Assembly (NCBI GenBank): GCA_000002445.1 | Contig: CH464491.1 | Coordinates: forward strand, 1,600,001 to 1,664,000 | DNA: 64,000 nt | From: Trypanosoma brucei | Taxonomy: Eukaryota | Reading direction: 5' to 3' | Shown: positions 55,173 to 64,000 of the stretch, one piece after another | Layout of the letters: each line of letters begins with the position of its first letter | Position numbering within the stretch: the stretch's first letter is position 1 | Notes under the pieces: generated by a model | Told to the model about the DNA's origin: nothing | Database searches by the model: none | The model's input: the letters and a program-made list of their open reading frames with translations, nothing else | Translations under genes and position numbers: made by a program

Positions 55173-57704
55173 ATGTTGTCACGGAGCGCCTGGGTGTTTG
55201 CAATGAGTCCTCGCGCGGCACTCACTGCGCTTGGCATCCAGTTCACCTCTAATATCACACAGGCGACTGTCAAGAAGGCATACATTGCACAGACGCTGCG
55301 CTGCCATCCGGATCTCAACCCCGAAGATCCAAATGCGACAGAAAAATTCCGAACTATATCTGAGGCGCTTCGTGTTGTACTGAAGTCCCTTGAAGCGAGA
55401 AGAAATGCAACAGCACCGGGAGAAGGAGCAAAAACCACTGTATGCCCTGCATTCAATGATCCGGAGGGTGCCATAGAGACGCTGCGTCAGGCGGTTGCCG
55501 CTTACCACCGGCATCGAGAGATAATGCGCTCTGCTGCCTTTGTGGCGGGGAAGAATAAGAGTGTGCCGGCTGAGCGGGTAAATCCTTTCGTTGATAACTC
55601 ACTGGAGCATGTGTCTTTTGTCTGCCGCTCGGAGGCCGTTGCGATGCAGAGGGTGCGGCGGTTTTGTAACGAGCTGCCAGAGGTGTTATGCGGTCGTTCG
55701 TGTGCCCTTTTCGAAGCAGTAGCCTTCTTTAACTCACGGTACGTCGAAGCAACGTCTCAATGTGTGCTGCGGTTTTCAAAGAACCTTCCCATAATCGTCA
55801 GCCGAGTTGTGAAGAATCGGAAGAAGTACGTGCGTTACACGCAAAATAAGGCAATTTCGGGTTTTGGAACGGGGAGTCGACCCCAGCGACAGCGCATCGA
55901 AGACATGTCAATGAAACCCCTCGTCCTCGTTGGTGCGTTGATTTTCGACCAGGGAGGCAGGTGCTGCCCAAACGCTGAGTGTTCATGTAGTTCTGAACAC
56001 AGTGGGTCAAACTATAACTTGCACAACTGTAATCAAAGCACTTGCGGCGCCGTGTGCAAGGAAGAACTAAAAATATGTGATGAACTGAAGTGTGTTATCA
56101 ATCCTTCAGATTCAATAGGTGATATCACAGAGAATATTGGTCGTTGGGAAGCCGCTAGTTTTAACCGACTCCAGCTGGAACTTGCAATGGTAGATATCAC
56201 GTCCCTAATCTCCGGTATTCTCGAGCTTAACGACCACCCACTAACAATGATGAACCACTTGCACCTCCCAAAATCGACGTCTGAGAGGGTGTCGTTAACT
56301 CTTCAGAAGCTTGCTTGTGGTTTGTGCCACCACTGCGGCGAACACGAACGTGGAGTTACCACTGACGTGGAAGCCTCTGGTTCCCACCGTTGCCCAGAGA
56401 TAACGACTATCGCAGACAGGATAAACTTCTGCCGACACCTAGCTCACACTGCGGCCAGCTATATTAAAGGAAACATAATCCTCGTGTTGGATGATCATTC
56501 TTCCCTGGTGGAAAGCGCTAATGAAGTGGTTGTGGACGAAGTAGGGGATATTACAACGGGGACGAAACTGAACTCGGTTGATTGTGAAAAAGATTACCAA
56601 GTCGCTCGTCACATGAGTTGCTGCACCGCTGAGATGATACAGTTTTCGGTGTCTGTCAAACTCTCGAAGGACGTGGAACACTTTCTCGACTGCGTAATCG
56701 CCGCGATGACACGGGTGTCTGAGGAAGCTGAATCCTCAGTTTTTACGTTACCAACTCTTCTGGAATTGAGGGAGAGGGTGGTGCAGGAGGAGTTTATCCC
56801 GGTGGGTGAAGGTGCCGGGCAGCTGAATGCAGATGCTGTCAATGAGGGAGTGAATTGTGCAGAAAAATATCCTGCCGAGGCAGTTGCAGCCGCGGAGGGG
56901 AATCTGGAAGGTGGTAGTGTGGAAACGGACAGTGAGTGCCGCGCCGCCAACCAGCTAGACTTCGACTCCTCGCGCCAATTGTGTGAAGTTGAAGAACGAT
57001 GTGACGCAGAATATCGGTACCGCGGGCCAATACGCTGCTTTCCTCGTATATTTTCAATGGATGCACAACAGGAACTCTTGTTCTGGAAAAACGTGCGCAA
57101 ACATCGTTTGTATCTTGCAAGGCGCGCACCCGCCATGAATTCTGTGAATATTTACTACGATTGTATGCCCTACGATCCACATCGGCACTCGCTGCATCAC
57201 GATCTCCGCCGCAATAAGGATGAACTTTTTGCAGGATGGGTGGGTGAAGCTGAGGAGGGTGTAGACGACGCGGTGATTACAAAAAAGGAACTGCAAAGCA
57301 GTGCCATGTTTCTTGAGTGGCTGGAAGATGTTGCGGAGCAATCTTCACTAAACAAGGAATGCCAACGAATAGTCCGCGAGTCGGGAATCGGCTACATCTC
57401 GCGTGATCCGCTGCTTCCTCTACAGCATTACTTATCGTTCGTTAAAGTTTTTTCCGCTGCGGCGACAGTGCGAAGCATCATTGAAAGTGGCGCCAGCAAT
57501 GACAAAGGAGCAACTTCGGAGAACCCTGGCCTATTCATTGTGGTTGGCACGGAGTGCGATGTGCGTGACGGTGGACGGCTTTTAGTGCCGTGGTGGATGG
57601 ATCCCCTAGCACTGCTAGCGCTCTTGCAGTGCGACGACGCACAGGAAACACGCTGCCTCAATGGAGGTGCCGCTGCGTCGCCATCAGCAGCACAAACGCC
57701 ATGA
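55173..57704 (+). CDS. J-domain (DnaJ/Hsp40-like) protein with a central Cys-rich cluster
   Basis: N-terminal KKAYIAQTLRCHPDLNPEDPNATEKFRTISEALRVVL carries the invariant HPD tripeptide (nt about 55303-55311) between two helices, as in J domains. Cys-rich segment CCPNAECSCSSEHSGSNYNLHNCNQSTCGAVCKEELKICDELKCV follows. Confidence 0.65.
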   Translation: MLSRSAWVFAMSPRAALTALGIQFTSNITQATVKKAYIAQTLRCHPDLNPEDPNATEKFRTISEALRVVLKSLEARRNATAPGEGAKTTVCPAFNDPEGAIETLRQAVAAYHRHREIMRSAAFVAGKNKSVPAERVNPFVDNSLEHVSFVCRSEAVAMQRVRRFCNELPEVLCGRSCALFEAVAFFNSRYVEATSQCVLRFSKNLPIIVSRVVKNRKKYVRYTQNKAISGFGTGSRPQRQRIEDMSMKPLVLVGALIFDQGGRCCPNAECSCSSEHSGSNYNLHNCNQSTCGAVCKEELKICDELKCVINPSDSIGDITENIGRWEAASFNRLQLELAMVDITSLISGILELNDHPLTMMNHLHLPKSTSERVSLTLQKLACGLCHHCGEHERGVTTDVEASGSHRCPEITTIADRINFCRHLAHTAASYIKGNIILVLDDHSSLVESANEVVVDEVGDITTGTKLNSVDCEKDYQVARHMSCCTAEMIQFSVSVKLSKDVEHFLDCVIAAMTRVSEEAESSVFTLPTLLELRERVVQEEFIPVGEGAGQLNADAVNEGVNCAEKYPAEAVAAAEGNLEGGSVETDSECRAANQLDFDSSRQLCEVEERCDAEYRYRGPIRCFPRIFSMDAQQELLFWKNVRKHRLYLARRAPAMNSVNIYYDCMPYDPHRHSLHHDLRRNKDELFAGWVGEAEEGVDDAVITKKELQSSAMFLEWLEDVAEQSSLNKECQRIVRESGIGYISRDPLLPLQHYLSFVKVFSAAATVRSIIESGASNDKGATSENPGLFIVVGTECDVRDGGRLLVPWWMDPLALLALLQCDDAQETRCLNGGAAASPSAAQTP

Positions 57705-57882
57705 GGTGGTTAAACGGAATAAGTTGCTTTTGTTAATCTTGAAAAATATCTGCATTTATTTCACTAATAGTTGGGAAGAAATCTTCCTGTTACCATAATA
57801 CTCTGTTGCTCACTCTACTTTAAACAGCTATTTTTCATGTGCGCACTGGAATGGGAAGGAGCGAGCCGCAATGCTACTGCGG

Positions 57883-58176
57883 AAAGTCGCACGGCAACCG
57901 GGGCGCAACGGATTTTCCGCCATTGGTAAACTACGGCATGTGACGGACGATAACGGAAAACATGGCACGTGGGAAGACGGTTTTTTGGCCATGGGAAGCT
58001 GCAGCAGTGCTTCCCGACCAAGGAGCAAGAAAGTCGCACGGCAACCGGGGCGCAACGGATTTTCCGCCATTGGTAAACTACGGCATGTGACGGACGATAA
58101 CGGAAAACATGGCACGTGGGAAGACGGTTTTTTGGCCATGGGAAGCTGCAGCAGTGCTTCCCGACCAAGGAGCAAA
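57883..58176. repeat. Tandem repeat, 2 perfect copies of an exactly 147-bp unit, plus a possible degenerate partial copy at about 57851-57882
   Basis: Unit aaagtcgcacggcaaccggggcgcaacggattttccgccattggtaaactacggcatgtgacggacgataacggaaaacatggcacgtgggaagacggttttttggccatgggaagctgcagcagtgcttcccgaccaaggagcaag occurs at 57883-58029 and again at 58030-58176 with no mismatch seen. The unit contains internal inverted repeats (ggaagcTGCAGCAGTgcttcc; catggc...gccatg; cggattttccg). Confidence 0.9.
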
Positions 58177-58671
58177 GATCTTTCGGAACCTAACGTGGGA
58201 TGAGGAAGTTTACGGTACGATTGATGACGAAAGAAAGATGCCGCGGCGATCGTTGAGGCATTGCGACCTTCGCATTGAAAATGCCAACAAATCGTCGAGC
58301 GAAGGGATTCACTTTGCCGCGTTTTTCGTCAAAACCGGTCATGCCCGGACTGCTAAAATTCTCGTTTTTTTACGGAGTGGGCCTACTGGGGTGCCCATTC
58401 GCCTTCTATCGTTCTTCACGGATGCCCATACCCTTCGGAAAAGCCTTGTCGTCCTCTCCCCCACGTGGACCGATGAAGAGCGTCCTTAAATCCATTGTCA
58501 GGATTATCCGGAATCTGCTTCTCTGCCCGAAGCCTTTTTACTGGTGCGATGCCTATTAGCACCTCCAACAACGGTATCTGCGGCATCTTCTGGTTTGGTT
58601 GCCATTTAAGATTTCACAGTTTCAGCCGCCGTGGATATTCACCGATTTTCAAGTGGACTTACACGCGCATT

Positions 58672-58683
58672 GGGGGGGGGGGG
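58672..58683. repeat. G12 homopolymer
   Basis: cattggggggggggggagggcg. Confidence 0.9.
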
Positions 58684-59149
58684 AGGGCGCGGCCTTTCAA
58701 TCTAGTCTTATACCCTTCGGTTTAAACGGCGTGCATAAGAAACGTACCGGTCACTTGTGGAGTGGCAATCTTCTTTCCAGGATGTTCTCTGCCCCAACTT
58801 CTTCCTGCGTCGCATATATTGGAGCGGGTATAGTAATTGCCGGAAAGATTCGCCGAGTTCGATTTCTGAAGTTTTGTTTTAATTTTCTACCGTGTCCGCT
58901 TGCTTATGCTGCGTGCGTTTGATACGAACACCTCGTCCCCAGCATTTTTCTGGGCACTGAAGGGTCTTTGCAGGCAGTTTTGTTACCAGAAATGTTGCAT
59001 CATCCATATTTCTCCTTTATTTTTACTGAATTTTTTACAGGGTATTGATTCCTGATGCGTGGGGAAAAGCCTAGAACGCGAGCGTGTCAGTACCACGTTC
59101 CGCACTTTTCCTCAATTGGGAGTTTTGGCGTGGCTCCAAGAAGGGTTTA

Positions 59150-59226
59150 GTGCTTCCGCCCTCTCCTCCTCCCCCTTGCACTCTTTTCCTTCCCCCTCCT
59201 GTGACTTCTACCCCCAACTCCGCAGG
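59150..59226 (+). promoter_or_regulatory. Poly-pyrimidine tract plus AG on the + strand inside the strand-switch region (trans-splice-acceptor-like)
   Basis: gcttccgccctctcctcctcccccttgcactcttttccttccccctcctgtgacttctacccccaactccgcag. Similar tracts recur at about 59618-59650 and about 59900-60060. Confidence 0.3.
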
Positions 59227-60855
59227 GAGCGAAAGGGGCCGTCTCGTTCTCATTGTCAACCCTTCGCGCTACTAATGGCCGTCGACCCTTATAACACTTA
59301 GTGTCTGTTCCCCCATGCCCTTGAGCACACAACCTAATGCCCACGCACAGAACATACCCGTTTCGGAATTCATCGCCCCAGTGCACCAATCCAACCTTTG
59401 CCTCCCGGAACAAAGCGCTTGTGAAACGTTAGCCCCCGCTTTTTCGCTAAAAAGTTTTCGACCGTGCCTTCAGCTCTCAAATTCGTTGTAAGCATCTACG
59501 TGGCTACCAGCGGTGGAGCGCGTCCATGAATTGTCTTCGCGTTCCATCGCATTTCCAGCACAAGTTATAGATCACTGCTGCGAGTGCCCGTGTTGTTGCC
59601 AAGTTTCTACAATCCCTCCTTATGTTTGTTTGTTTTTTTTTCCAACCTGAAGCGATGCCGGTGGGGAATTCACCAAACACTAGTTTGAACTCTACCATGG
59701 TAAATGGTATGGACCTAAAACCTCCCCGCTGCTCCAAGCAATAACGCCCGTGATGCCATTCGTATCGTATTCTCTCGGTTTCCCTTCCATGTATCCCAGA
59801 GCTCAATCGCCCGCTGATTCTTTGATAACCTCAGACCATTAGTCACTACAATGGGCGTGCTCAACAACCTCAGAACAAGCAGCGAGTTTATCAGGTTCCG
59901 GTCCCTTGATTTATTTTTTGAATTCTGTTTCTAGCCCTTACCTCCTCCATTGTTCTGCGGCCACCTCCTTCAGCACTTGTTTTAGCTTTGCAAATTTTTG
60001 TTCCCTTTTTCCTGCAATTCGCACAATTTTCAGCATCTGCTTCCATATCCGGCATTTCTTTAATCCAGAAAGATGGCACCAACTCATTTCCTTCGCCAGT
60101 TGCTTTCATTGATTCCATGCGGATTGAGGAGGAAATTGCGTTGCCCATCCCATCCGTCATCCTACGGTAATATTAAAAACCGTGGATGAACTTCCTAGAC
60201 GCATATTTGCCGCCGAGTTGCCCAATCGGTGCTATTCCATGCGAATAGTAGACGTCTATGACGGCACAAACGGACTCAATAGCTGTCCCTACGGATGCTT
60301 GCTTCGAGCTTTATTTAACGGTCTACTAACGATGCAAACCATTCCCTCCGGTGGAGAAGATATGTAAAAACATTAGAGCCAGCAGGAGGCCTGTGGTTTC
60401 CCTCAAGTCCGCTTGGAACGGGGGCATTGAACGGTTAGCAGTGGTAAAAGAAAAAAGGAACAATTAAAGCGATTGAAACATCGTACTCGATAACGAACAC
60501 TACCTGGTGCCTTTGAATGATCCCCTCTAAGTATCTTCTTCATGTTTGGATATCTCATGAAGAAAGAGAGAAGGGGGAAAAGAAGGGGGCTTGTTACCTT
60601 CCACTGTAACAATAACCCCCATTCTATTCTCCGCCGCCTTTAGAGAGTCCGAAAATACACGCGTACAGAAACAATCATTTTGGAGAAGATGCGCAAACTT
60701 CTCCCGACTTCCCTCCTCTTCTCACCACGACCCCAACGCCCCCTCAATGGAACAAAAACCACCAACTCCTCATCATGTTTGCACAACCGCTAAGCGGGAG
60801 CGGTTAAGGGGCACCGCGCCGGCATGACTTCTTCCTTCAAACAATATGCAGTTCA

Positions 60856-60878
60856 GTGTGTGTGTGTGTGTGTGTGTG
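60856..60878. repeat. (GT)n microsatellite
   Basis: gtgtgtgtgtgtgtgtgtgtgtg. Confidence 0.9.
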
Positions 60879-61540
60879 GAAGAATATAGCAGAAAGGGAT
60901 CAAAACAATAACAACATAATGGAGGCAGAAACAATGAAAGCGGTATACGCGATCTGTTGGTGGCTGGAATGTTTTAAAAGTTAAGAGGCCTGCGGGGGAA
61001 CCACATATATAACGACCCCTGCGGAGGCACACGCTAAGATTACAATCTCATAAGTGGCGGAAGCATAGTTCTCACATTGCCACTGTATGAATCCGCTGTC
61101 AATGTTAAAAAGAGAAGGAGAGGGCGCGCAAATAGCGCCAGGCACCATACTGCAGTCCCATGTGAAGGAGACGAAACGTATGGAAACGAAAAAAAAAGGG
61201 AGCGTGTTAATGGAAGAGGGGTTAAATTACAAAATTTAAAAAAATAACTTCGTCACGGAAGCACCTGTCACGTTACCGTATGTGACATGGAAAGAGGGCA
61301 TTTAGCCAGCACCTACAACAGGGGTTGGCGCCAGCATTCGCTATCAAAATAATAATAATAATTAAACAGTAAGGTTATTAAGTGTATGCCAAAGACACAC
61401 CATAAACACATGGAAGGGAATGGAATGTAAACGAATAAAGAGTAGGGATACAGTGGCGAACATCAACATTAACATCCAGATGAGTGATTCTGTATCAGCA
61501 CCACGTCTGCCTGCAAGGGTGTGGGGGATGAGATTTAAAA

Positions 61541-61560
61541 ATATATATATATATATATAT
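61541..61560. repeat. (AT)10 microsatellite
   Basis: atatatatatatatatatat. Confidence 0.9.
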
Positions 61561-61759
61561 TTGTCGGGCGCAAAGGCACCGGCAAGGCACCCTAGTAAGC
61601 CGTTGCTGGTTAAATAACGCTAAGAAATAAGTCGCTTAGTGCGAGGTAGTAGAAGGAAGTGCATCTGATTTAAAACACAAAACAATAACTTTAAAAAAAA
61701 ACAAAAACGATTCTCGCATAAGGTGTGGGTTGGTAAGGGGGAAAATAGCTACGCAACTC

Positions 61760-64000
61760 TCACACCGACACAAAGGGCTGGTCAGCAGAGAAGCACTCAT
61801 CAAGTTGCGAGCAACGGTTGGAGATGTAAATCACTGATGTGCTGTGAGTGCTGGTAGTGAGTTCATTATTACCATTCGCAGAGTGATCCACAACCCGTCC
61901 CACCTTTGCGGCAATACGGCGTATCACATCCCCGCAATAAACATCGTCCCAGACTGGATTCGCCTGGTTGGGAAGAGGGACACGCCATCGCTCACAATAC
62001 GGCCGCAGGAGTTTCTCGCGCTGGGGGACCTTAAATGTACTGAGGAGTGCCTCCAGGGAGCTCGCAATCATTTGGGCGGACTCGCTCAAATCAGCCAGTG
62101 ATGAACTGTGGTCGCTTGTGGTTATGGTTGTCCCGTCGCCGCCCTCGTCAAAATAGTATTCACGGTCAAGCCGCAGTGCTGCGAAGGTGCGACCAGGCAC
62201 GGCGTTCAACTGGTAAAGTTCCACTGGTTGTGGTGCACCACGCAGTGCAACAAGCCCCAGGGGGACGACGTCGATTTCCTTTCGTTCATCTTCGCTCAGA
62301 GCAAGGTATGTGGCCCGAGTTAGCAGCACCTGACCGCCGTTCGCGACGCTCTCCGTACGTGCGGCCATGTTAGTTGTACCCCCATAGTAGTCGTAGCCCT
62401 TCGTCACTTCATCATAGCGGATGTCACACAACCCGGTATGAACACCTACACGTACACGCAAGCCGTTCCAGAGACTCCCGTACACGTCAGGAGCAAGACG
62501 GGCAGTGGGTGGAGTGTACTCTTTATCGTCGCAAGCTCGCTGCTCTTCAAAGGCATGATAGAAGCGGTCGAACACCTCCGTTTCCCATTTGTGACTCAGG
62601 AATTGCCGCTGGAGTTCACTCACGAGCTGCACCGCAGCAAATGGGCTCCGGCAAGCAATCATGAACGAGTCACCAATCGTTTTCACTTCGTAGCAGTTGT
62701 ACTCGACCATCAGGGACCGGATAATTTTATGGTGTGACGCCACGGCGTCAGGCATAAGCTCGGGGAAACCGGCCCACTGTGCTGTGCTGCTCTCAATGTC
62801 CGTGAACACGAGTGTAACGGGCTCCGTCGATTCCCTCGGCGCAAGCTCGTTGTCGCGGGCATTGCGCAGGGTGAAGTACAGTACCAGAGCAAGCGCAGCG
62901 AGCAGCAATGCGACGAGGGTAGAGCCAATAGCAATCGCAATCACCTGCCCTTGTGTAAGTTTGTTTTCGTCGACGTAAACTAGCGTTGGTGTCACACCAT
63001 TTTGTAGCGGCGGTGTGGCGGGATCCAGCAATCGAGTCAGGGACCACACGGAGATGTTTGTTCCCCCGTAATTGGAAAGGCAATTGCTGGCAAGAGCGAC
63101 GCCATTCACAATGCAATCAACATCGCTAAAGGGCCCGTACCGCATGTCATCGACGTTGATGGTGGACTCGGAGTAGAAATAGTCAGCCAGCAATTTCGCG
63201 TCAACCTTCTCCATATGGTCAAGGACGGACACCATCAGCCGCGCCGTGGAAAAGCCCCGCAACGACATGGGAGTTCTCATCGCCGGCTCAGGCACGGCCT
63301 TGTGGTAAGCTTGAACAGTCAGTGACGACGAGTTCTCCTCCGCCCAGTGGGGCTGGTTGGTGGCGAATACGAAGCGGTTGGTGGTCGTAGGCGGGGTTCT
63401 GCTAAATGCTGCTCTCAACTCCTCGTACATTAGCGTTACATCAGGATAAATGGCGAAGATCCGTAGACCTCTTTTAGCATCAAGGTGCTCAGCCAGGTCA
63501 TACACCTCTAACGCCGTAAACCCAATAACAAACACGTCCCCGCTAGAGGGGAGATGGGGTTTCAACGAGCCCTCATTATCCACAATTACCTTCGATTGCA
63601 TGAAAATACCGTACGTCCGCAGTGTGGCTATCAACACCTCCAATATCATATCCGCATCGTGGGTTCGAATCACTACACGCACGTTTCCGCCAGGGTGCTC
63701 CGAGATGTACTGAACCAGAACATAGAGTTCCTGCGCAAGCGTAGGTGACACGTATATCACGTTTCGGTTAAACCTGTTCATACGAGGGTTGCTGGTTATG
63801 GGGTCAATGAACGCCAAATTCTCCGTGGCCAAGATTTCCTTATTCACGACGCCAAACAGGGCCGGGATCACCTTCACATCACGCATTTGCTCCAGTTGCT
63901 CGACAGCCTCATCGCCCGTTGCCTCTAAGGGATGCAAGAAGAACCTGTCACGCTCTCCAATCCGGCCGTTGCCCAGCAAGGCGGAGGCGCCGTTAAGATA
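61760..64000 (-). CDS. Receptor-type adenylate cyclase (trypanosome GRESAG4/ESAG4-like), C-terminal part: transmembrane helix plus class III cyclase catalytic domain; 5' end lies beyond the window
   Basis: Minus-strand ORF open to the window edge, stop codon at 61760-61762. Hydrophobic helix VIAIAIGSTLVALLLAALALVLYFTL. Immediately after it, VTLVFTDIESSTAQWAGFPELMPDAVASHHKIIRSLMVEYNCYEVKTIGDSFMIAC (nt about 62700-62830, minus strand), a typical class III nucleotidyl cyclase core (F-T-D-I-x-x-S-T, KTIGD-x-[FY]M). The upstream region resembles the extracellular ligand-binding-like domain of trypanosome receptor cyclases. Confidence 0.85.
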   Translation of the reverse strand, partial: YLNGASALLGNGRIGERDRFFLHPLEATGDEAVEQLEQMRDVKVIPALFGVVNKEILATENLAFIDPITSNPRMNRFNRNVIYVSPTLAQELYVLVQYISEHPGGNVRVVIRTHDADMILEVLIATLRTYGIFMQSKVIVDNEGSLKPHLPSSGDVFVIGFTALEVYDLAEHLDAKRGLRIFAIYPDVTLMYEELRAAFSRTPPTTTNRFVFATNQPHWAEENSSSLTVQAYHKAVPEPAMRTPMSLRGFSTARLMVSVLDHMEKVDAKLLADYFYSESTINVDDMRYGPFSDVDCIVNGVALASNCLSNYGGTNISVWSLTRLLDPATPPLQNGVTPTLVYVDENKLTQGQVIAIAIGSTLVALLLAALALVLYFTLRNARDNELAPRESTEPVTLVFTDIESSTAQWAGFPELMPDAVASHHKIIRSLMVEYNCYEVKTIGDSFMIACRSPFAAVQLVSELQRQFLSHKWETEVFDRFYHAFEEQRACDDKEYTPPTARLAPDVYGSLWNGLRVRVGVHTGLCDIRYDEVTKGYDYYGGTTNMAARTESVANGGQVLLTRATYLALSEDERKEIDVVPLGLVALRGAPQPVELYQLNAVPGRTFAALRLDREYYFDEGGDGTTITTSDHSSSLADLSESAQMIASSLEALLSTFKVPQREKLLRPYCERWRVPLPNQANPVWDDVYCGDVIRRIAAKVGRVVDHSANGNNELTTSTHSTSVIYISNRCSQLDECFSADQPFVSV

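Larger units (their letters stand above)
57705..61759. terminator. Convergent strand-switch region between the + gene array and a minus-strand gene (expected RNA polymerase II termination zone)
   Basis: The last + CDS ends at 57704 and the minus-strand CDS ends at 61760. There is no convincing ORF between them. The + strand is pyrimidine-rich to about 60370 and purine-rich from about 60380 to 61760, the mirror image expected for two converging transcription units. Confidence 0.6.

Noticed and set aside
174-57704. ORF-track start coordinates using TTG/GTG (e.g. 174, 4324, 8217, 16507, 26191, 27492, 37533, 47913, 51040)
   Set aside because: These are bacterial-style alternative starts supplied by the ORF finder. 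For a eukaryotic nuclear genome I moved each to the first in-frame ATG; true starts still need spliced-leader mapping.
57815-58203. Three ORFs (110-117 aa, both strands) with internally duplicated peptide sequence
   Set aside because: They are simply translations of the 147-bp tandem repeat. They have no ATG-initiated independent support and use alternative start codons in the track.
58200-58560. Possible C/D-box snoRNA (tgatga at about 58222) downstream of the 147-bp repeats
   Set aside because: No matching D box (CTGA) at appropriate spacing and no terminal stem. A single hexamer match is expected by chance.
63661-63671. gggttcgaatc, a tRNA T-loop-like motif
   Set aside because: It lies inside the adenylate cyclase CDS. 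The flanking sequence does not form a T-stem, acceptor stem or D-arm. No cloverleaf could be built.
1-64000. Prokaryotic-style features (operons with RBS, CRISPR arrays, rho-independent terminators, IS elements)
   Set aside because: Gene structure (long same-strand array, 0.3-3 kb intergenic regions with poly-Y tracts, T7-like mtRNAP, FH1/FH2 formin, receptor adenylate cyclase) is eukaryotic and kinetoplastid. No direct-repeat/spacer arrays or IS inverted-repeat pairs seen.

Overview
This window reads as nuclear DNA from a kinetoplastid, most consistent with a Trypanosoma brucei-group genome; the species call is an inference from gene content and architecture, not from a database search. I did not run BLAST or HMMER, so every protein identification below rests on motifs recognised by eye from the translations and on established knowledge of the named families.

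Layout:
- Positions 1 to about 57,700 are one head-to-tail, same-strand (+) gene array of about 19 intron-less protein-coding genes. Intergenic regions are 0.3-3.4 kb and carry poly-pyrimidine tracts followed by AG (trans-splice/polyadenylation signals) and dinucleotide microsatellites.
- About 57.7-61.8 kb is a convergent strand-switch region with no convincing coding sequence. The compositional switch from pyrimidine-rich to purine-rich on the + strand falls near 60.38 kb.
- From 61,760 to the window end, a minus-strand receptor-type adenylate cyclase (GRESAG4-like, catalytic domain plus transmembrane helix) runs off the window edge.

Genes identified by motif:
- a formin (poly-Pro FH1 and FH2 with GNFMN)
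- a T7-like single-subunit mitochondrial RNA polymerase (DGSYNGLQHY, RKTIKRPIMTQVYG, HDS motifs)
- eIF1/SUI1
- a YL1/Swc2-like protein
- a Bax-inhibitor-1/GHITM-like membrane protein
- an RRM protein
- a degenerate protein kinase
- a PHD-finger plus GNAT acetyltransferase fusion
- a J-domain protein

Several large genes remain hypothetical. I found no rRNA, tRNA, CRISPR or prokaryote-style operon signals.

The most unusual feature is a perfect 2-copy tandem repeat with an exact 147-bp period (57,883-58,176) inside the convergent strand-switch region. Other features of note: long gene-free intervals (3.4 kb and 2.6 kb), a 360-bp purine-rich block, C13 and G12 homopolymers, and + strand splice-acceptor-like poly-pyrimidine tracts continuing about 2.6 kb beyond the last + gene.

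ORF-track starts that use TTG/GTG were corrected to the first in-frame ATG. CDS end coordinates include the stop codon.
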